A stretch of 64,000 bases of DNA, from positions 1,580-65,579 of the forward strand of contig JAJRWY010000171.1 in NCBI GenBank assembly GCA_024276575.1, read 5' to 3'. Below the pieces are notes generated by a model that worked only from the letters and a program-made list of their open reading frames with translations, ran no database searches and had not been told where the DNA came from. Both the position numbers and the translations under genes were made by a program. Source of the stretch: Candidatus Binatota bacterium (lineage in GTDB: Bacteria > Desulfobacterota > Binatia > UBA1149 > CAITLU01). Below, piece after piece: positions 30,505 to 40,313 of this stretch. Numbering within the stretch: position 1 is the first letter of the stretch; each line of letters begins with the position of its first letter.

Positions 30505-30680
30505 CATTGAAGCGGAAGTTTTCCTCCTTTTCCCTTCCGTTTCACGGCTCTGATTCCGGGTAGCCCCCAATACCCGGACAAAGGACCAGAAGGCGGCCCG
30601 GCAGGACCCCTCCCCTGCCGGGCCGCTGATTCAGTCCTTCAAAGAACGGGCGGCCCCCCCCCGAGCCGCCCGTTTTCTTA
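30505..30680 (+). ncRNA. Candidate small RNA with four hairpins carrying C-rich/anti-SD loops
   Basis: Stems 30508-18/30534-44, 30555-62/30571-78, 30593-605/30614-26, 30645-54/30665-74 plus U-rich tail; a G.U pair favours the + strand. Confidence 0.6.
30642..30680. terminator. Bidirectional intrinsic terminator
   Basis: aagaacgggcggc-loop-gccgcccgttttctt. Confidence 0.75.
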
Positions 30681-30843
30681 TATCAGCTACCGGCAACAAT
30701 CCCCTCAGACCCCATGAGACAAGTCCGGATAAATCCGGGCAAGTCCCATACGCAAGCGGGCCGGACAGCCGATCCCATAAACGACGAATCATTGACGAAG
30801 TAACACGGCAGCACGGCGCGGCCTCCGCCATCGCTTGGCGTTT

Positions 30844-32298
30844 CTATGGACCTAAGATTATTGAAGAAAACGCTCTAGAAGCGGCGCCCATCACCGGCGA
30901 GGGAGCCAGCCCCAGCGCCACGGTCACAGCCGCGGCTGCGGTTACGGCAAAGTTGAGATAGGGCCGGGGCGAGTATTCTTCAGCGTCCGCGCTCTGAAAG
31001 TACATGGCCCGTAGCACCCCTAAGTAATAAGCTGCGGAGACCACACTGTTGAGCACTGCGATGACCACCAAAACGGTGTAACCCGCCTCCAGCGCCGCCG
31101 TAAACAAGTAGAACTTGCCGACGAAACCCGCCAGCGGCGGCATACCCATCAACGAAAGCATGCAGATGCTCATTACCAGGGCCAGCACCGGCCGGTTCTG
31201 CCCCAGGCCCGCGAAATCAGAGATCTCTTGAAGCGCGTGGCGCCGCCGTGTCAAAGCCGCGAGCACCCCGAAAGCCCCGATATTCATTACTCCGTAAGCC
31301 GCGAGATAGTACAGAACCGCCGCCCCTGCCTCGGCCGTAGCGGCAGTCACGCCGACCAGAAGGTAGCCGGTGTGGGCGATGGAAGAGTAGGCCAGCATGC
31401 GTTTGACGTTGGTCTGTCGCAACGCGACGAAATTACCCATGGTCATCGTCGAAGCCGCCAGCACCCACATCAGCCAACTCAGATCCGGCATGACCGGGGC
31501 CAACGCCACCAAGACGATACGCAGCAGGGCCGCAAAAGCCCCCGCCTTGACCGCGGTAGCCATGAAAGCACTGACCGTAGTGGGAGCGCCCTCATAGACA
31601 TCGGGTGTCCAAAGGTGAAAAGGCACGGCCGCTATCTTGAACGCGAAACCTGCCAGCAGCATGCCCACTCCGAGCATCAGCACCAAAGAATCGGCTGCAA
31701 GGTAATCCGTGGAGGCGATCGCATTAGCGACCGAACCCAGCACAGTCGACCCGGTGATCGCATAGATCAGCGCAATTCCGTATAGCAAGAGCGCCGATGC
31801 GAAGGCGCCGAGCAGGAAATACTTGAGCGCGGCCTCGTTCGATCGCAACTCGTCCTTACGAATGCCGGCCAACACATAAACGGCCATCGACATGGTCTCG
31901 AGCCCCAGGAACATCACGATAAGGTCGGTCGCTGAGACCATTACGAGCAAGCCGGCCACTGCAAACAGTATCAGCGGGTAAAACTCCCCGTGGATGATAC
32001 CGGCCAGAGGCACGTAGTCCATGGAAAGAAACACTGCGAAGATCGCAAGCACGCTCAGAAGAACATAGAAGTAGACGCTGAACGCGTCGAGTGCCACGGC
32101 TCCCGCGAATACCTCGCCCGCACCCTGTCCGGAAAGCGAGATGCCCGCCACTGCGGCCAGACCCAGCGCACTGAGCCAACCAATACCGACAAAGCGCCGG
32201 CTAAGCGAGAACATCTCCACGGTAAGGACCAACAGGCCCCACGCACAGGCGAACATCAGAGGATAGAGAACTTCGATGTTGGCGATAGGCAGCGTCAC
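30844..32298 (-). CDS. nuoN: NADH-quinone oxidoreductase subunit N (operon 2)
   Basis: EAALKYFLLG, FHLWTPDVYEGAP, KRMLAYSSIAH. Confidence 0.95.
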   Translation of the reverse strand: MTLPIANIEVLYPLMFACAWGLLVLTVEMFSLSRRFVGIGWLSALGLAAVAGISLSGQGAGEVFAGAVALDAFSVYFYVLLSVLAIFAVFLSMDYVPLAGIIHGEFYPLILFAVAGLLVMVSATDLIVMFLGLETMSMAVYVLAGIRKDELRSNEAALKYFLLGAFASALLLYGIALIYAITGSTVLGSVANAIASTDYLAADSLVLMLGVGMLLAGFAFKIAAVPFHLWTPDVYEGAPTTVSAFMATAVKAGAFAALLRIVLVALAPVMPDLSWLMWVLAASTMTMGNFVALRQTNVKRMLAYSSIAHTGYLLVGVTAATAEAGAAVLYYLAAYGVMNIGAFGVLAALTRRRHALQEISDFAGLGQNRPVLALVMSICMLSLMGMPPLAGFVGKFYLFTAALEAGYTVLVVIAVLNSVVSAAYYLGVLRAMYFQSADAEEYSPRPYLNFAVTAAAAVTVALGLAPSPVMGAASRAFSSIILGP

Positions 32299-34088
32299 GA
32301 GCCTTCCTCCAGAGCAGAGTATCGTGCCGCCGCCAGTGGCCCGTCCGAACAGTCCGCTAAAATGGCCTGAAAAACGTCCGGGCCCCCCACCACTGCATGC
32401 GAAGAACGTATCGTCGAAGCATCGCCGCCACTGCGCGGCGTACAGCCGGAGCCTTCAAGCGCCGCAACAACGCCTATGGGGCTTCGCAATCCGGGGCTTT
32501 GCGACCTAGGGTTTTGCGATCCGGGGCCTTGCAAGCGGAGCGCCAGGCCTTCGACCCTAACGGGGATATTCCCAGCGTGGCTACCGTGAACACCGGCGCC
32601 GGCGGCCGAAACACCGGCGCGTTCGAGTGTGGCCGCTACCGAAGCTTCCATGGTGTGAAGGAAAGGCTGGGGATAAACGCCCATGATCACGATCAAAGCT
32701 ATTATCGGCACCATAACCGTAAGCTCACGACGCGACATGTCTTGGAGTTTTTCGTTGGCGGGATTGGTGACTTCACCGAACATTACCCGCTGATACATCC
32801 ACAGCATGTAGGCAGCGCCCAGGACCACGCCGCTTACCGCAAAGGCCGTAAGCACGGGATCGAAATGGTAGGCGCCGACGAGTATCAAAAACTCGCCCAC
32901 GAAACCGTTGAGCCCAGGCAGCCCGATCGACGAGAGCATGACGATGAGAAAACAGGTCGCATATACCGGTACCACCCGCCACAAGCCTCCGTACTCGGAG
33001 ATCAAGCGCGTATGGCGCCGCTCGTAGATCACGCCGACCAATAGGAACAACGCGCCGGTGGAAAGGCCATGGTTGAGCATCTGATAGACCGCACCTTGCA
33101 CTCCGGTGCTGTTCATCGACGCGAGACCCAGCATCACGAAGCCCAAATGGCTCACCGACGAGTAGGCGACCAGCTTCTTCATATCGGGCTGCACCATCGC
33201 CACCAGCGCCCCATAGATGATCCCAACTACCGCCAGCGTCCCGATCCAGGGCATCGCCAGCGGCAAGACCTCGGGAAACAACGGCATCACGAAGCGTACG
33301 AAGCCGTAGGTACCCATCTTGAGCAAGACCCCGGCAAGTATTACCGAACCGCCGGTCGGGGCCTCGACATGGGCGTCGGGCAACCAAGTGTGCAGCGGCC
33401 ACATCGGCACCTTGACCGCAAAGGCCAGGAAGAAGGCCAAGAAACACAATTGCTGGGGCACGACCGGCATGTGAACACCGTATAGATCGACAAGTGCAAA
33501 GCTCCACTGCCCGGTCTCGGCGGCATGGCTCATTCCCAAATAGATGAGTGCCGCCAGCATCGGCAACGAACCGACCATGGTGAACAAGATGAACTTGATC
33601 GATGCGTAAACTCGGCGCTCTCCTCCCCATACGCCGATGATGAGATACATCGGCACCAGCATCAGTTCCCAGAACACGTAGAAGAGCAGCACGTCAAGGG
33701 ATACCAGCGTCCCGAGCATGGTGGTCTCGAGCAGTAGCATGGAAACCAGGTAGCCCTTCTGCCGGTGATGCACGGAGTCTGCCGAAGATATCAACACCAA
33801 CGGTGTCAGAAAGGTGGTAAGGACGATGAGTAATAGAGAGATGCCGTCGATGCCAATCAGGTAGGAGGCACCGAAGCGCGGGATCCAGCCGAACTGCTCG
33901 ACCAGTTGGAACTCCCCGCTGCTTGCGTCGAAACGCATCCAGGCCAGTGCAGAGAGCGCGAAAACCAGCAGCGACACCGCTACCGCAAGGCGGCGCATGA
34001 CAGCGACCGACTGCTTGGGTAGCATGGCGACGGCCAATGCACCCAGCGCGGGAAGGAAAACCATCAGACTGAGGAGATTGTGCTCCAT
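32295..34088 (-). CDS. nuoM: NADH-quinone oxidoreductase subunit M (operon 2) with ~100-aa low-complexity C-terminal tail
   Basis: FWELMLVPMY, HTWLPDAHVEAP; AGGAGCTAAGGA before ATG 34088. Confidence 0.93.
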   Translation of the reverse strand: MEHNLLSLMVFLPALGALAVAMLPKQSVAVMRRLAVAVSLLVFALSALAWMRFDASSGEFQLVEQFGWIPRFGASYLIGIDGISLLLIVLTTFLTPLVLISSADSVHHRQKGYLVSMLLLETTMLGTLVSLDVLLFYVFWELMLVPMYLIIGVWGGERRVYASIKFILFTMVGSLPMLAALIYLGMSHAAETGQWSFALVDLYGVHMPVVPQQLCFLAFFLAFAVKVPMWPLHTWLPDAHVEAPTGGSVILAGVLLKMGTYGFVRFVMPLFPEVLPLAMPWIGTLAVVGIIYGALVAMVQPDMKKLVAYSSVSHLGFVMLGLASMNSTGVQGAVYQMLNHGLSTGALFLLVGVIYERRHTRLISEYGGLWRVVPVYATCFLIVMLSSIGLPGLNGFVGEFLILVGAYHFDPVLTAFAVSGVVLGAAYMLWMYQRVMFGEVTNPANEKLQDMSRRELTVMVPIIALIVIMGVYPQPFLHTMEASVAATLERAGVSAAGAGVHGSHAGNIPVRVEGLALRLQGPGSQNPRSQSPGLRSPIGVVAALEGSGCTPRSGGDASTIRSSHAVVGGPDVFQAILADCSDGPLAAARYSALEEGS

Positions 34089-34093
34089 GATCC

Positions 34094-36034
34094 TTAGCTC
34101 CTCACCGTCACGGCCAGCACCAAAGCCGCCACACCGATAAGAACGGTGAGCAGATAGTGCTGCACGTTCCCCGTCGCCCAACGGCGCCAAACTCCGCCGA
34201 TATTGGTAACGGCAGACGCAATGCCGTTGGCCAAGCCGTCGACCACCTCGACATCGAAAACCCGCCACAGCCACTCGCTAGTTCGCCGAATCGGGCGAAC
34301 CACAAGTGCGTCGTAAACATCGTCGAGAAAATACGCGCCGGCCATACCCTCGTAACCGCCGGTGAGCCAATCGGAAAGGACTTTGTCGCCCTCGGGCCCG
34401 CGCCGGTAGAGCCGCCAGGCAAAGAAGATACCGGCAAAGGCGACACCCACCGAGACCGCCATCAACGCATACTCGGTAGCCGCGGAAATCTGGAACTCGT
34501 GATGGCCGACCACCGGTGCCAGGAAAGCGCCGATCTGATTGTGCCCGCCGAGAACGTGCGGCACGCCTACATAGCCTCCGATGGCAGCCAGCACCGCCAG
34601 CACCGCCAGTGGCAAAACCATCGAACCCGGGCTCTCATGAATGCGCGATTCGGCCTGCGCTCCGCCGCGAAACTCGCCAAAGAACGTAAGCACGGTCAGT
34701 CGCGTCATGTAGAACGCAGTCAGCCCCGCAGCCATCACTCCCATCGCCCAAAGACCGTAATTGCCATGGTCGAAGGTCGCAGCGAGAATCTCATCCTTGG
34801 AAAAGAAACCCGAAAGTCCGGGAACACCGGCAATGGCCAGGGTCGCCACCGCGAACGTCCAATAAGTATGCGGCATCTTCGAGCGCAAGCCGCCCATCTT
34901 GCGAATATCCTGCTCTTCGTGAAGGCCGTGAATGACGCTGCCGGCGCCAAGAAACAACAGAGCCTTGAAAAAAGCATGGGTCATCACGTGAAAAACCGCC
35001 GCCCCAAAGGCCCCTACCCCCAGCGCCAGAAACATGTAGCCGAGTTGAGAGACCGTGGAGTAGGCGAGCACCTTCTTGATGTCGGTCTGGGCGACGCCGA
35101 TGGTCGCAGCCATCAAGGCGGTGGTCGCGCCTATCACGGCGACCACATTCATCGCCTCGGGAGCGGCCATGTAGAGGCCGTTCAGCCGGGCAACCATATA
35201 GATGCCGGCGGTGACCATGGTGGCGGCGTGAATGAGCGCAGACACCGGCGTCGGACCGGCCATGGCGTCGGGCAACCACACGAACAGCGGTATCTGCGCC
35301 GACTTGCCGGTGGCTCCCACGAACAGTAACAAGGCGGCCCCCACGACCAGAGCATGGGGAAGCGCATCGACGTTCGCGTTGATGTTGGCAAAGCTCAAGC
35401 CCGGATGCCCCGCCGAGGCCAAACCCCAGAAAAGCATGAACGCACCGATCAGAAAGGCAGCATCACCGATGCGGTTTACCAGGAAGGCTTTCTTGCCGGC
35501 CGAGGCCTTGGCCATATCGGTGTACCAAAAGCCTATGAGCAAGTAGCTGCACAGCCCCACGCCTTCCCAACCGACGAACATCAGTATCAAGTTGTCGGCC
35601 AGCACCAACAGCAACATGGCCGCGGTAAAGAGGTTCAGGTAGGCGAAAAAGCGAGCATAGTCGGGGTCGTGCCACATGTAGCCGGTAGAATAGACGTGGA
35701 TCAAAAAACCCACGCCGGTCACGATCATGCACATCAGCGCACTGAGCGCGTCCACCTTCAGCGAAAAATCGACCGACACTTCGCCCGCGCTTATCCAAGA
35801 GTAGACATGGTCGCTCAGTACGGTCCCGGGAGTTCCGGTGTAGATGCTCCAGAAGGCGTTGAGTGCCAGCATGAAGCTTACATAGACCACCGAGCAGGCC
35901 ACGATATTGGTGACGGCGCGCCCCGCGCGCTGTCCCAGAATCAAATGAATCAACACGCCGACCAGGGGAGCCAGCGGTATATAACGCAAGTAATCGACAA
36001 CGAGAGCTGCTTCTTGAGGTGCCGGAGTATGCAT
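34094..36034 (-). CDS. nuoL: NADH-quinone oxidoreductase subunit L (operon 2)
   Basis: GKSAQIPLFVWLPDAMAGPTP. Confidence 0.95.
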   Translation of the reverse strand: MHTPAPQEAALVVDYLRYIPLAPLVGVLIHLILGQRAGRAVTNIVACSVVYVSFMLALNAFWSIYTGTPGTVLSDHVYSWISAGEVSVDFSLKVDALSALMCMIVTGVGFLIHVYSTGYMWHDPDYARFFAYLNLFTAAMLLLVLADNLILMFVGWEGVGLCSYLLIGFWYTDMAKASAGKKAFLVNRIGDAAFLIGAFMLFWGLASAGHPGLSFANINANVDALPHALVVGAALLLFVGATGKSAQIPLFVWLPDAMAGPTPVSALIHAATMVTAGIYMVARLNGLYMAAPEAMNVVAVIGATTALMAATIGVAQTDIKKVLAYSTVSQLGYMFLALGVGAFGAAVFHVMTHAFFKALLFLGAGSVIHGLHEEQDIRKMGGLRSKMPHTYWTFAVATLAIAGVPGLSGFFSKDEILAATFDHGNYGLWAMGVMAAGLTAFYMTRLTVLTFFGEFRGGAQAESRIHESPGSMVLPLAVLAVLAAIGGYVGVPHVLGGHNQIGAFLAPVVGHHEFQISAATEYALMAVSVGVAFAGIFFAWRLYRRGPEGDKVLSDWLTGGYEGMAGAYFLDDVYDALVVRPIRRTSEWLWRVFDVEVVDGLANGIASAVTNIGGVWRRWATGNVQHYLLTVLIGVAALVLAVTVRS

Positions 36035-36050
36035 GGTCAAAAACTCTCTC

Positions 36051-36353
36051 CTACCACCTGAGAAGGGCTATATCGTCGGCATTGACGGTTTGCCGGTTTC
36101 TGAACATGGCCAGAATGACGGCTAGTCCCACCGCGGCCTCCGCAGCGGCGACGGTCATGACGAAGAACACTATGGACTGTCCGCTCATGAGCCCGCGCCC
36201 GTAGGCAACCGCGACAAAAGCCAGATTGGCGGCGTTGAGCATCAACTCAACCGACATGAAGATGATCACGAGGTTGCGCCGGACGACGACCCCGATGGAG
36301 CCGATGGCAAAAAGGACCGCGCTCAACGCGAGATAGTGATTCGGAGTAACCAC
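36051..36353 (-). CDS. nuoK: NADH-quinone oxidoreductase subunit K (operon 2)
   Basis: [27 protein letters not shown]. Confidence 0.93.
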   Translation of the reverse strand: MVTPNHYLALSAVLFAIGSIGVVVRRNLVIIFMSVELMLNAANLAFVAVAYGRGLMSGQSIVFFVMTVAAAEAAVGLAVILAMFRNRQTVNADDIALLRW

Positions 36354-36361
36354 GACAGCAG

Positions 36362-36901
36362 CTAAGCCTCCCTTCCCGGCGCCGGAGCATCCATATCGGC
36401 CGGCGATGGGTCGCGCTTGGCAAGCACCACCGCGCCGACCACCGCTACCAACAACAGTATCGAGGTAAGTTCGAAGGCGACCAGGTACTCCGAGAAAAGC
36501 TGCCGTGCCAGGACTACGGTAGTGCCGAAGCCCTCGGGCAGGGGAGTGTTTGCAGCTCCGGGCAAGGTAGTGGCCCACAAAGCCCGGCCCAGCACAACCG
36601 CGAGCAACAGGGCCGAGCCCAAGGCGGCGGCACCGAAAAGCGGAGAGGTACGGTCGGCCGGATCCGGCGACAAATTGAGAAGGGTGATAACGAACAGAAA
36701 CAGTACCATCACCGCACCCGCATAGACGATGATCTGCAAGGCGGCGACCAAGTGCGCCTGCAAGGCGATGTAGTACACGGCCAGCAAGAACAAAGTTGCG
36801 ACCAGCGACAAAGCGCTACGCACCGGGTTGTTGTTCAGCACCACCCCGAGGGCTCCTGCTATGGTCAGGCAAGCAAGCGGGTAGAACAGATACGGACTCA
36901 C
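36362..36901 (-). CDS. nuoJ: NADH-quinone oxidoreductase subunit J (operon 2)
   Basis: [28 protein letters not shown]. Confidence 0.93.
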   Translation of the reverse strand: MSPYLFYPLACLTIAGALGVVLNNNPVRSALSLVATLFLLAVYYIALQAHLVAALQIIVYAGAVMVLFLFVITLLNLSPDPADRTSPLFGAAALGSALLLAVVLGRALWATTLPGAANTPLPEGFGTTVVLARQLFSEYLVAFELTSILLLVAVVGAVVLAKRDPSPADMDAPAPGREA

Positions 36902-37995
36902 GCGACTTCTCCAAAGAGCAATATCGCGAGCGCAGTGACAAACACGTTGAGCAACGCGATCGGCATCATCGCCTTCCAGCCCAGATTCATCAGTTGGTCG
37001 TAGCGAAAACGCGGAACCGTCCAGCGAACCAAAACCTGCAGCCAGCAAAAGAACAATACCTTCACCAAGAAGGCGGCAACCTGCAGCAGGGAAACCAACA
37101 GGGGCGAGACCGTAATCACCGCCATTCCCGGCAACGCCAATCCCTGCGAACTGAGATAAGGAATCTGCCAGCCGCCGAAAAACAGGGTCGTCACGAGACC
37201 CGCCACCATCACGACCTCGGCGAAATCGGCAAGCATGAACGAGGCTTGTTTGCCGCCCGAATACTCGGTGAAATACCCGGCGACGAGTTCCGATTCAGCT
37301 TCCGGAATATCGAAGGGGACGCGCTTGGATTCGGCCATGCCGGCGGTGAAGATCAAGATGAAAGCCAGCTGCTGGTAGACAACGCCCCATGCCGGCAGCC
37401 AACCGAACAACATCTGCCCCTGCTGCCTCACCATATCCTGTAGATCGAGTGTTCCGTAGAGCAGAACGCAGCTTACCACCGCCAACCCCATGGCCAGTTC
37501 ATAAGAAATCATCTGCGCGGTGCCCCGGATCGAACCGAGCAACGCCCAACGATTGTTGGAAGCCCATCCGGCCAGGACCACGCCGTAAACGCCCATGGCC
37601 ACGGTAGCCGAAATGTATAGAATGCCGACGTCGATACCCACGGCCCGTAGTTCGATACTGCGCCCGGCCAACTCGATGGTGTCACCGAACGGGATGGCAG
37701 CGAAAGTTATGATCGCCGGGAACAGTGCCAAAAACGGCGCCAGAGAGTGTATGAACTTATCGGCGCCGTCAGGCACATAGTCTTCCTTGGTGAACATCTT
37801 GACCGGATCAGCGATCAAGGTGTTGGTAAAACCCAGATTGACCGGGAATATGCCGAGCAAATTCGCACGGTTCGCCCCTATGCGATTCTGAATCAGCGCC
37901 GCCCCCTTACGCTCGACCCACAGCATCAAGGCCGAAAGCTGGAGAACCAACAAGATGACCAGCAGGCATTTCACCCCGGCAATCAGCCACTCCAT
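36898..37995 (-). CDS. nuoH: NADH-quinone oxidoreductase subunit H (operon 2)
   Basis: AQMISYE, RVPFDIPEAESELVAGY, PRFRYDQLM. Confidence 0.95.
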   Translation of the reverse strand: MEWLIAGVKCLLVILLVLQLSALMLWVERKGAALIQNRIGANRANLLGIFPVNLGFTNTLIADPVKMFTKEDYVPDGADKFIHSLAPFLALFPAIITFAAIPFGDTIELAGRSIELRAVGIDVGILYISATVAMGVYGVVLAGWASNNRWALLGSIRGTAQMISYELAMGLAVVSCVLLYGTLDLQDMVRQQGQMLFGWLPAWGVVYQQLAFILIFTAGMAESKRVPFDIPEAESELVAGYFTEYSGGKQASFMLADFAEVVMVAGLVTTLFFGGWQIPYLSSQGLALPGMAVITVSPLLVSLLQVAAFLVKVLFFCWLQVLVRWTVPRFRYDQLMNLGWKAMMPIALLNVFVTALAILLFGEVA

Positions 37996-37998
37996 AAG

Positions 37999-38517
37999 CT
38001 AGACCTCTTCTCCACGCTCGAGCTTGGCCACCAAGTCGATGACTTTTTCCACGGTGAGGTTCTCCACGTACTGCTTGTCGCCAATTTGCAGCATCGGTGC
38101 TGTGCCGCAAGAGCCCAGCCACTCGGCGCGATCGAGAGAAAACTTGGCATCCGGCGTAGTCTCACCCGGCGCGATACCGAGCTGGCGGCGAAGCGCCCCG
38201 AGAATGTCGTCGGCGCCACGCAAGTAGCAGGAGATGTTCGTGCAGACCTGCAGGTGGTACTTCCCCATCGGCCGCTTGTAGAACATGGTGTAGAAGGTGG
38301 CGACACCTTCCACCCAGCCCAGCGGCAACTCCATCAAATCCGAAACATAGGAGAGCACTTGCGGGCTCAACCACCCGAACTCGTGTTGGGCCAGCCACAG
38401 CACCGGCATCAGGGCAGCCCGGCGTTCGGGGTAGTGAGTAAGAATTTCTTCGTACGCCACCAGCGCCTCGGCACCAAACTCTACCGCCCCGCCATCCTTG
38501 TTTTGTTCTTCGCTCAT
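37999..38517 (-). CDS. nuoE: NADH-quinone oxidoreductase subunit E (third Fe-S Cys replaced by Trp)
   Basis: VATFYTMF, VCTNISC, AEWLGSCGTAP. Confidence 0.9.
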   Translation of the reverse strand: MSEEQNKDGGAVEFGAEALVAYEEILTHYPERRAALMPVLWLAQHEFGWLSPQVLSYVSDLMELPLGWVEGVATFYTMFYKRPMGKYHLQVCTNISCYLRGADDILGALRRQLGIAPGETTPDAKFSLDRAEWLGSCGTAPMLQIGDKQYVENLTVEKVIDLVAKLERGEEV

Positions 38518-38575
38518 CTCAGGAACGCTCTCCGCCGGCACACCCCGTTTGCGATACAAACCGCCCGCAAGGCGG

Positions 38576-39790
38576 TCAGCGGTCACACTCTCCGCCGATC
38601 ATGTTGACCATGCCGAACACCGCAATGACGTCGGCCACGGTGTGGCCCTCGATCATACGGCTGAGCGCGCCCATCGCATAGAAACTGGGCGGGCGCACTC
38701 TTACCCGGTAGGGCCGTCCGCTTCCGTCGCTGGCAAGGTAGAAACCCAGCTCACCGTTGGCCCCTTCACCGCTGAAGTAAATCTCCCCTTCGGGTACTCT
38801 AATGCCCTCGATCACCAGCTTGAAATGGTTCATCAAGCCTTCGATGCTACCGTACACCTCGCTCTTGTCCGGCAGTACGACGGCAGGATCGTCCACACTC
38901 ACCGGCCCCCCGGGAAGATCCGCCAACGCCTGCTCAATGATACGTATCGATTGGCGCATTTCCTCGAAGCGAACTGAAAAGCGGTCGAAATTGTCGCCCT
39001 TGCTGCCCACCGGCACCTCGAAATCAAAGCGGTCGTAGAGCATGTAAGGTTCGGCCTTGCGCACATCGAAGGCCACACCGGTCGCACGCAATAAAGGCCC
39101 GGTGAGGCCATAAGCCATCGCCTCTTCTTTCGACATGACCGCAACACCGGCCATTCGTCCGATGAAAATGCGGTTGCGCTCGAGCAACTTCTCGCAATCG
39201 CCCAGCACTTGCTCGACTTTGGCGATGCACGCGCGCACATCATCGGCAAAACCGCCGGGGACGTCGTGTCGCAAGCCGCCGACACGGCCGTAGCTTACCG
39301 TGACTCTTGCGCCGGTCACCCGTGCGGTGAGGTTGTAGATCAACTCGCGGGCTTCGACCATGTAAAAGCCCGCCGACACCGCGCCCATCTCGGACGCACC
39401 CATCCCGAGACAAGTCAGATGATCCGCAATGCGTGCGAGTTCAGAAAGAATTACCAGAAGATAGCTGCAACGCTCGGGAACGGTTACCGAGCACATTCGC
39501 TCGACGGCTTCGCAGAAGATGAAATTATTGATCAGCGGCGAGGCATAATTGAGGCGGTCGGTGTAGGGGATAGCCTGGGTCCAAGTCCCCTGTTCGCACA
39601 TCTTCTCGAAACCGCGGTGCAGAAAACCGATCTCGGTGTCGCAGTTGACGATGGTCTCGCCATCGAGCCGCAGGTTGAACTTTACCGTGCCATGGGAGGC
39701 CGGATGGGACGGGCCCATCTGTATCTCCATGATCTCGGAAAGCGGATCGGCACCGTCCCGATTCGGAGTCAGAGGCTTGTCCGCGCTCAA
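38576..39790 (-). CDS. nuoD: NADH-quinone oxidoreductase subunit D (operon 2)
   Basis: MGPSHPASHG, GFLHRGFEK, DRLNY, GECDR. Confidence 0.95.
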   Translation of the reverse strand: MSADKPLTPNRDGADPLSEIMEIQMGPSHPASHGTVKFNLRLDGETIVNCDTEIGFLHRGFEKMCEQGTWTQAIPYTDRLNYASPLINNFIFCEAVERMCSVTVPERCSYLLVILSELARIADHLTCLGMGASEMGAVSAGFYMVEARELIYNLTARVTGARVTVSYGRVGGLRHDVPGGFADDVRACIAKVEQVLGDCEKLLERNRIFIGRMAGVAVMSKEEAMAYGLTGPLLRATGVAFDVRKAEPYMLYDRFDFEVPVGSKGDNFDRFSVRFEEMRQSIRIIEQALADLPGGPVSVDDPAVVLPDKSEVYGSIEGLMNHFKLVIEGIRVPEGEIYFSGEGANGELGFYLASDGSGRPYRVRVRPPSFYAMGALSRMIEGHTVADVIAVFGMVNMIGGECDR

Positions 39791-39791
39791 C

Positions 39792-40313
39792 TCACACCTC
39801 CTCGCTTAGGCCACGCTTGGGCCACGGATTGCTGATCGGATCGCGCTCGGGAACCAAGGGCTGGCGCTGCCTGTAATCGTAGGATTTTCTCAACGGATAA
39901 CCCTCGAATTCTTCGTACATCAGAATTCGACACAGGCCGGGATGCCCTTCGAATTGAACGCCAAACATGTCGTAGACTTCACGTTCCGCCCAATTGGCGC
40001 TGGGCCACAGATCCGTCGCGGAGGGAAGCCGGGGATCGGCGGCGCGTACTCTGACCTTGAGCAACGCACGTTTGGGAAGCGACAGTGACCGCAATACGTA
40101 TATTACCTCGATCACTCCGTCAGACTGTTCGCGATCGATCGCGGTTATGTCGAGCAGAATCTCGAAGGCCTGGGCGGGATCGTCGCGCAGGAAGGCCAGT
40201 ACGTCGATAAGATGCTCAGCGGTAATAGCCACGCCCTCGCCGTTGGGAGTCTCGAAGCCGCGCGGAAGCGCCCCGGGCGCCGCCTCGGCGATCGCCCTGA
40301 CGAGTTTGCTCAT
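39792..40313 (-). CDS. nuoC: NADH-quinone oxidoreductase subunit C (operon 2)
   Basis: WPSANWAEREVYDMFG, YPLRK. Confidence 0.93.
   Translation of the reverse strand: MSKLVRAIAEAAPGALPRGFETPNGEGVAITAEHLIDVLAFLRDDPAQAFEILLDITAIDREQSDGVIEVIYVLRSLSLPKRALLKVRVRAADPRLPSATDLWPSANWAEREVYDMFGVQFEGHPGLCRILMYEEFEGYPLRKSYDYRQRQPLVPERDPISNPWPKRGLSEEV

Noticed and set aside
30470-30843. Cobalamin riboswitch upstream of the BtuF-like gene
   Set aside because: No B12-box (GCCACTG / GGGAAGG) arrangement on the minus strand; the structure fits a + strand RNA better.
18208-38001. In-frame fusions across TAG (nuoM-nuoN, nuoD-nuoH, nuoE-nuoH)
   Set aside because: Roughly a third of TAG junctions in the nuo operons are in frame, as expected by chance; each downstream gene has its own ATG.
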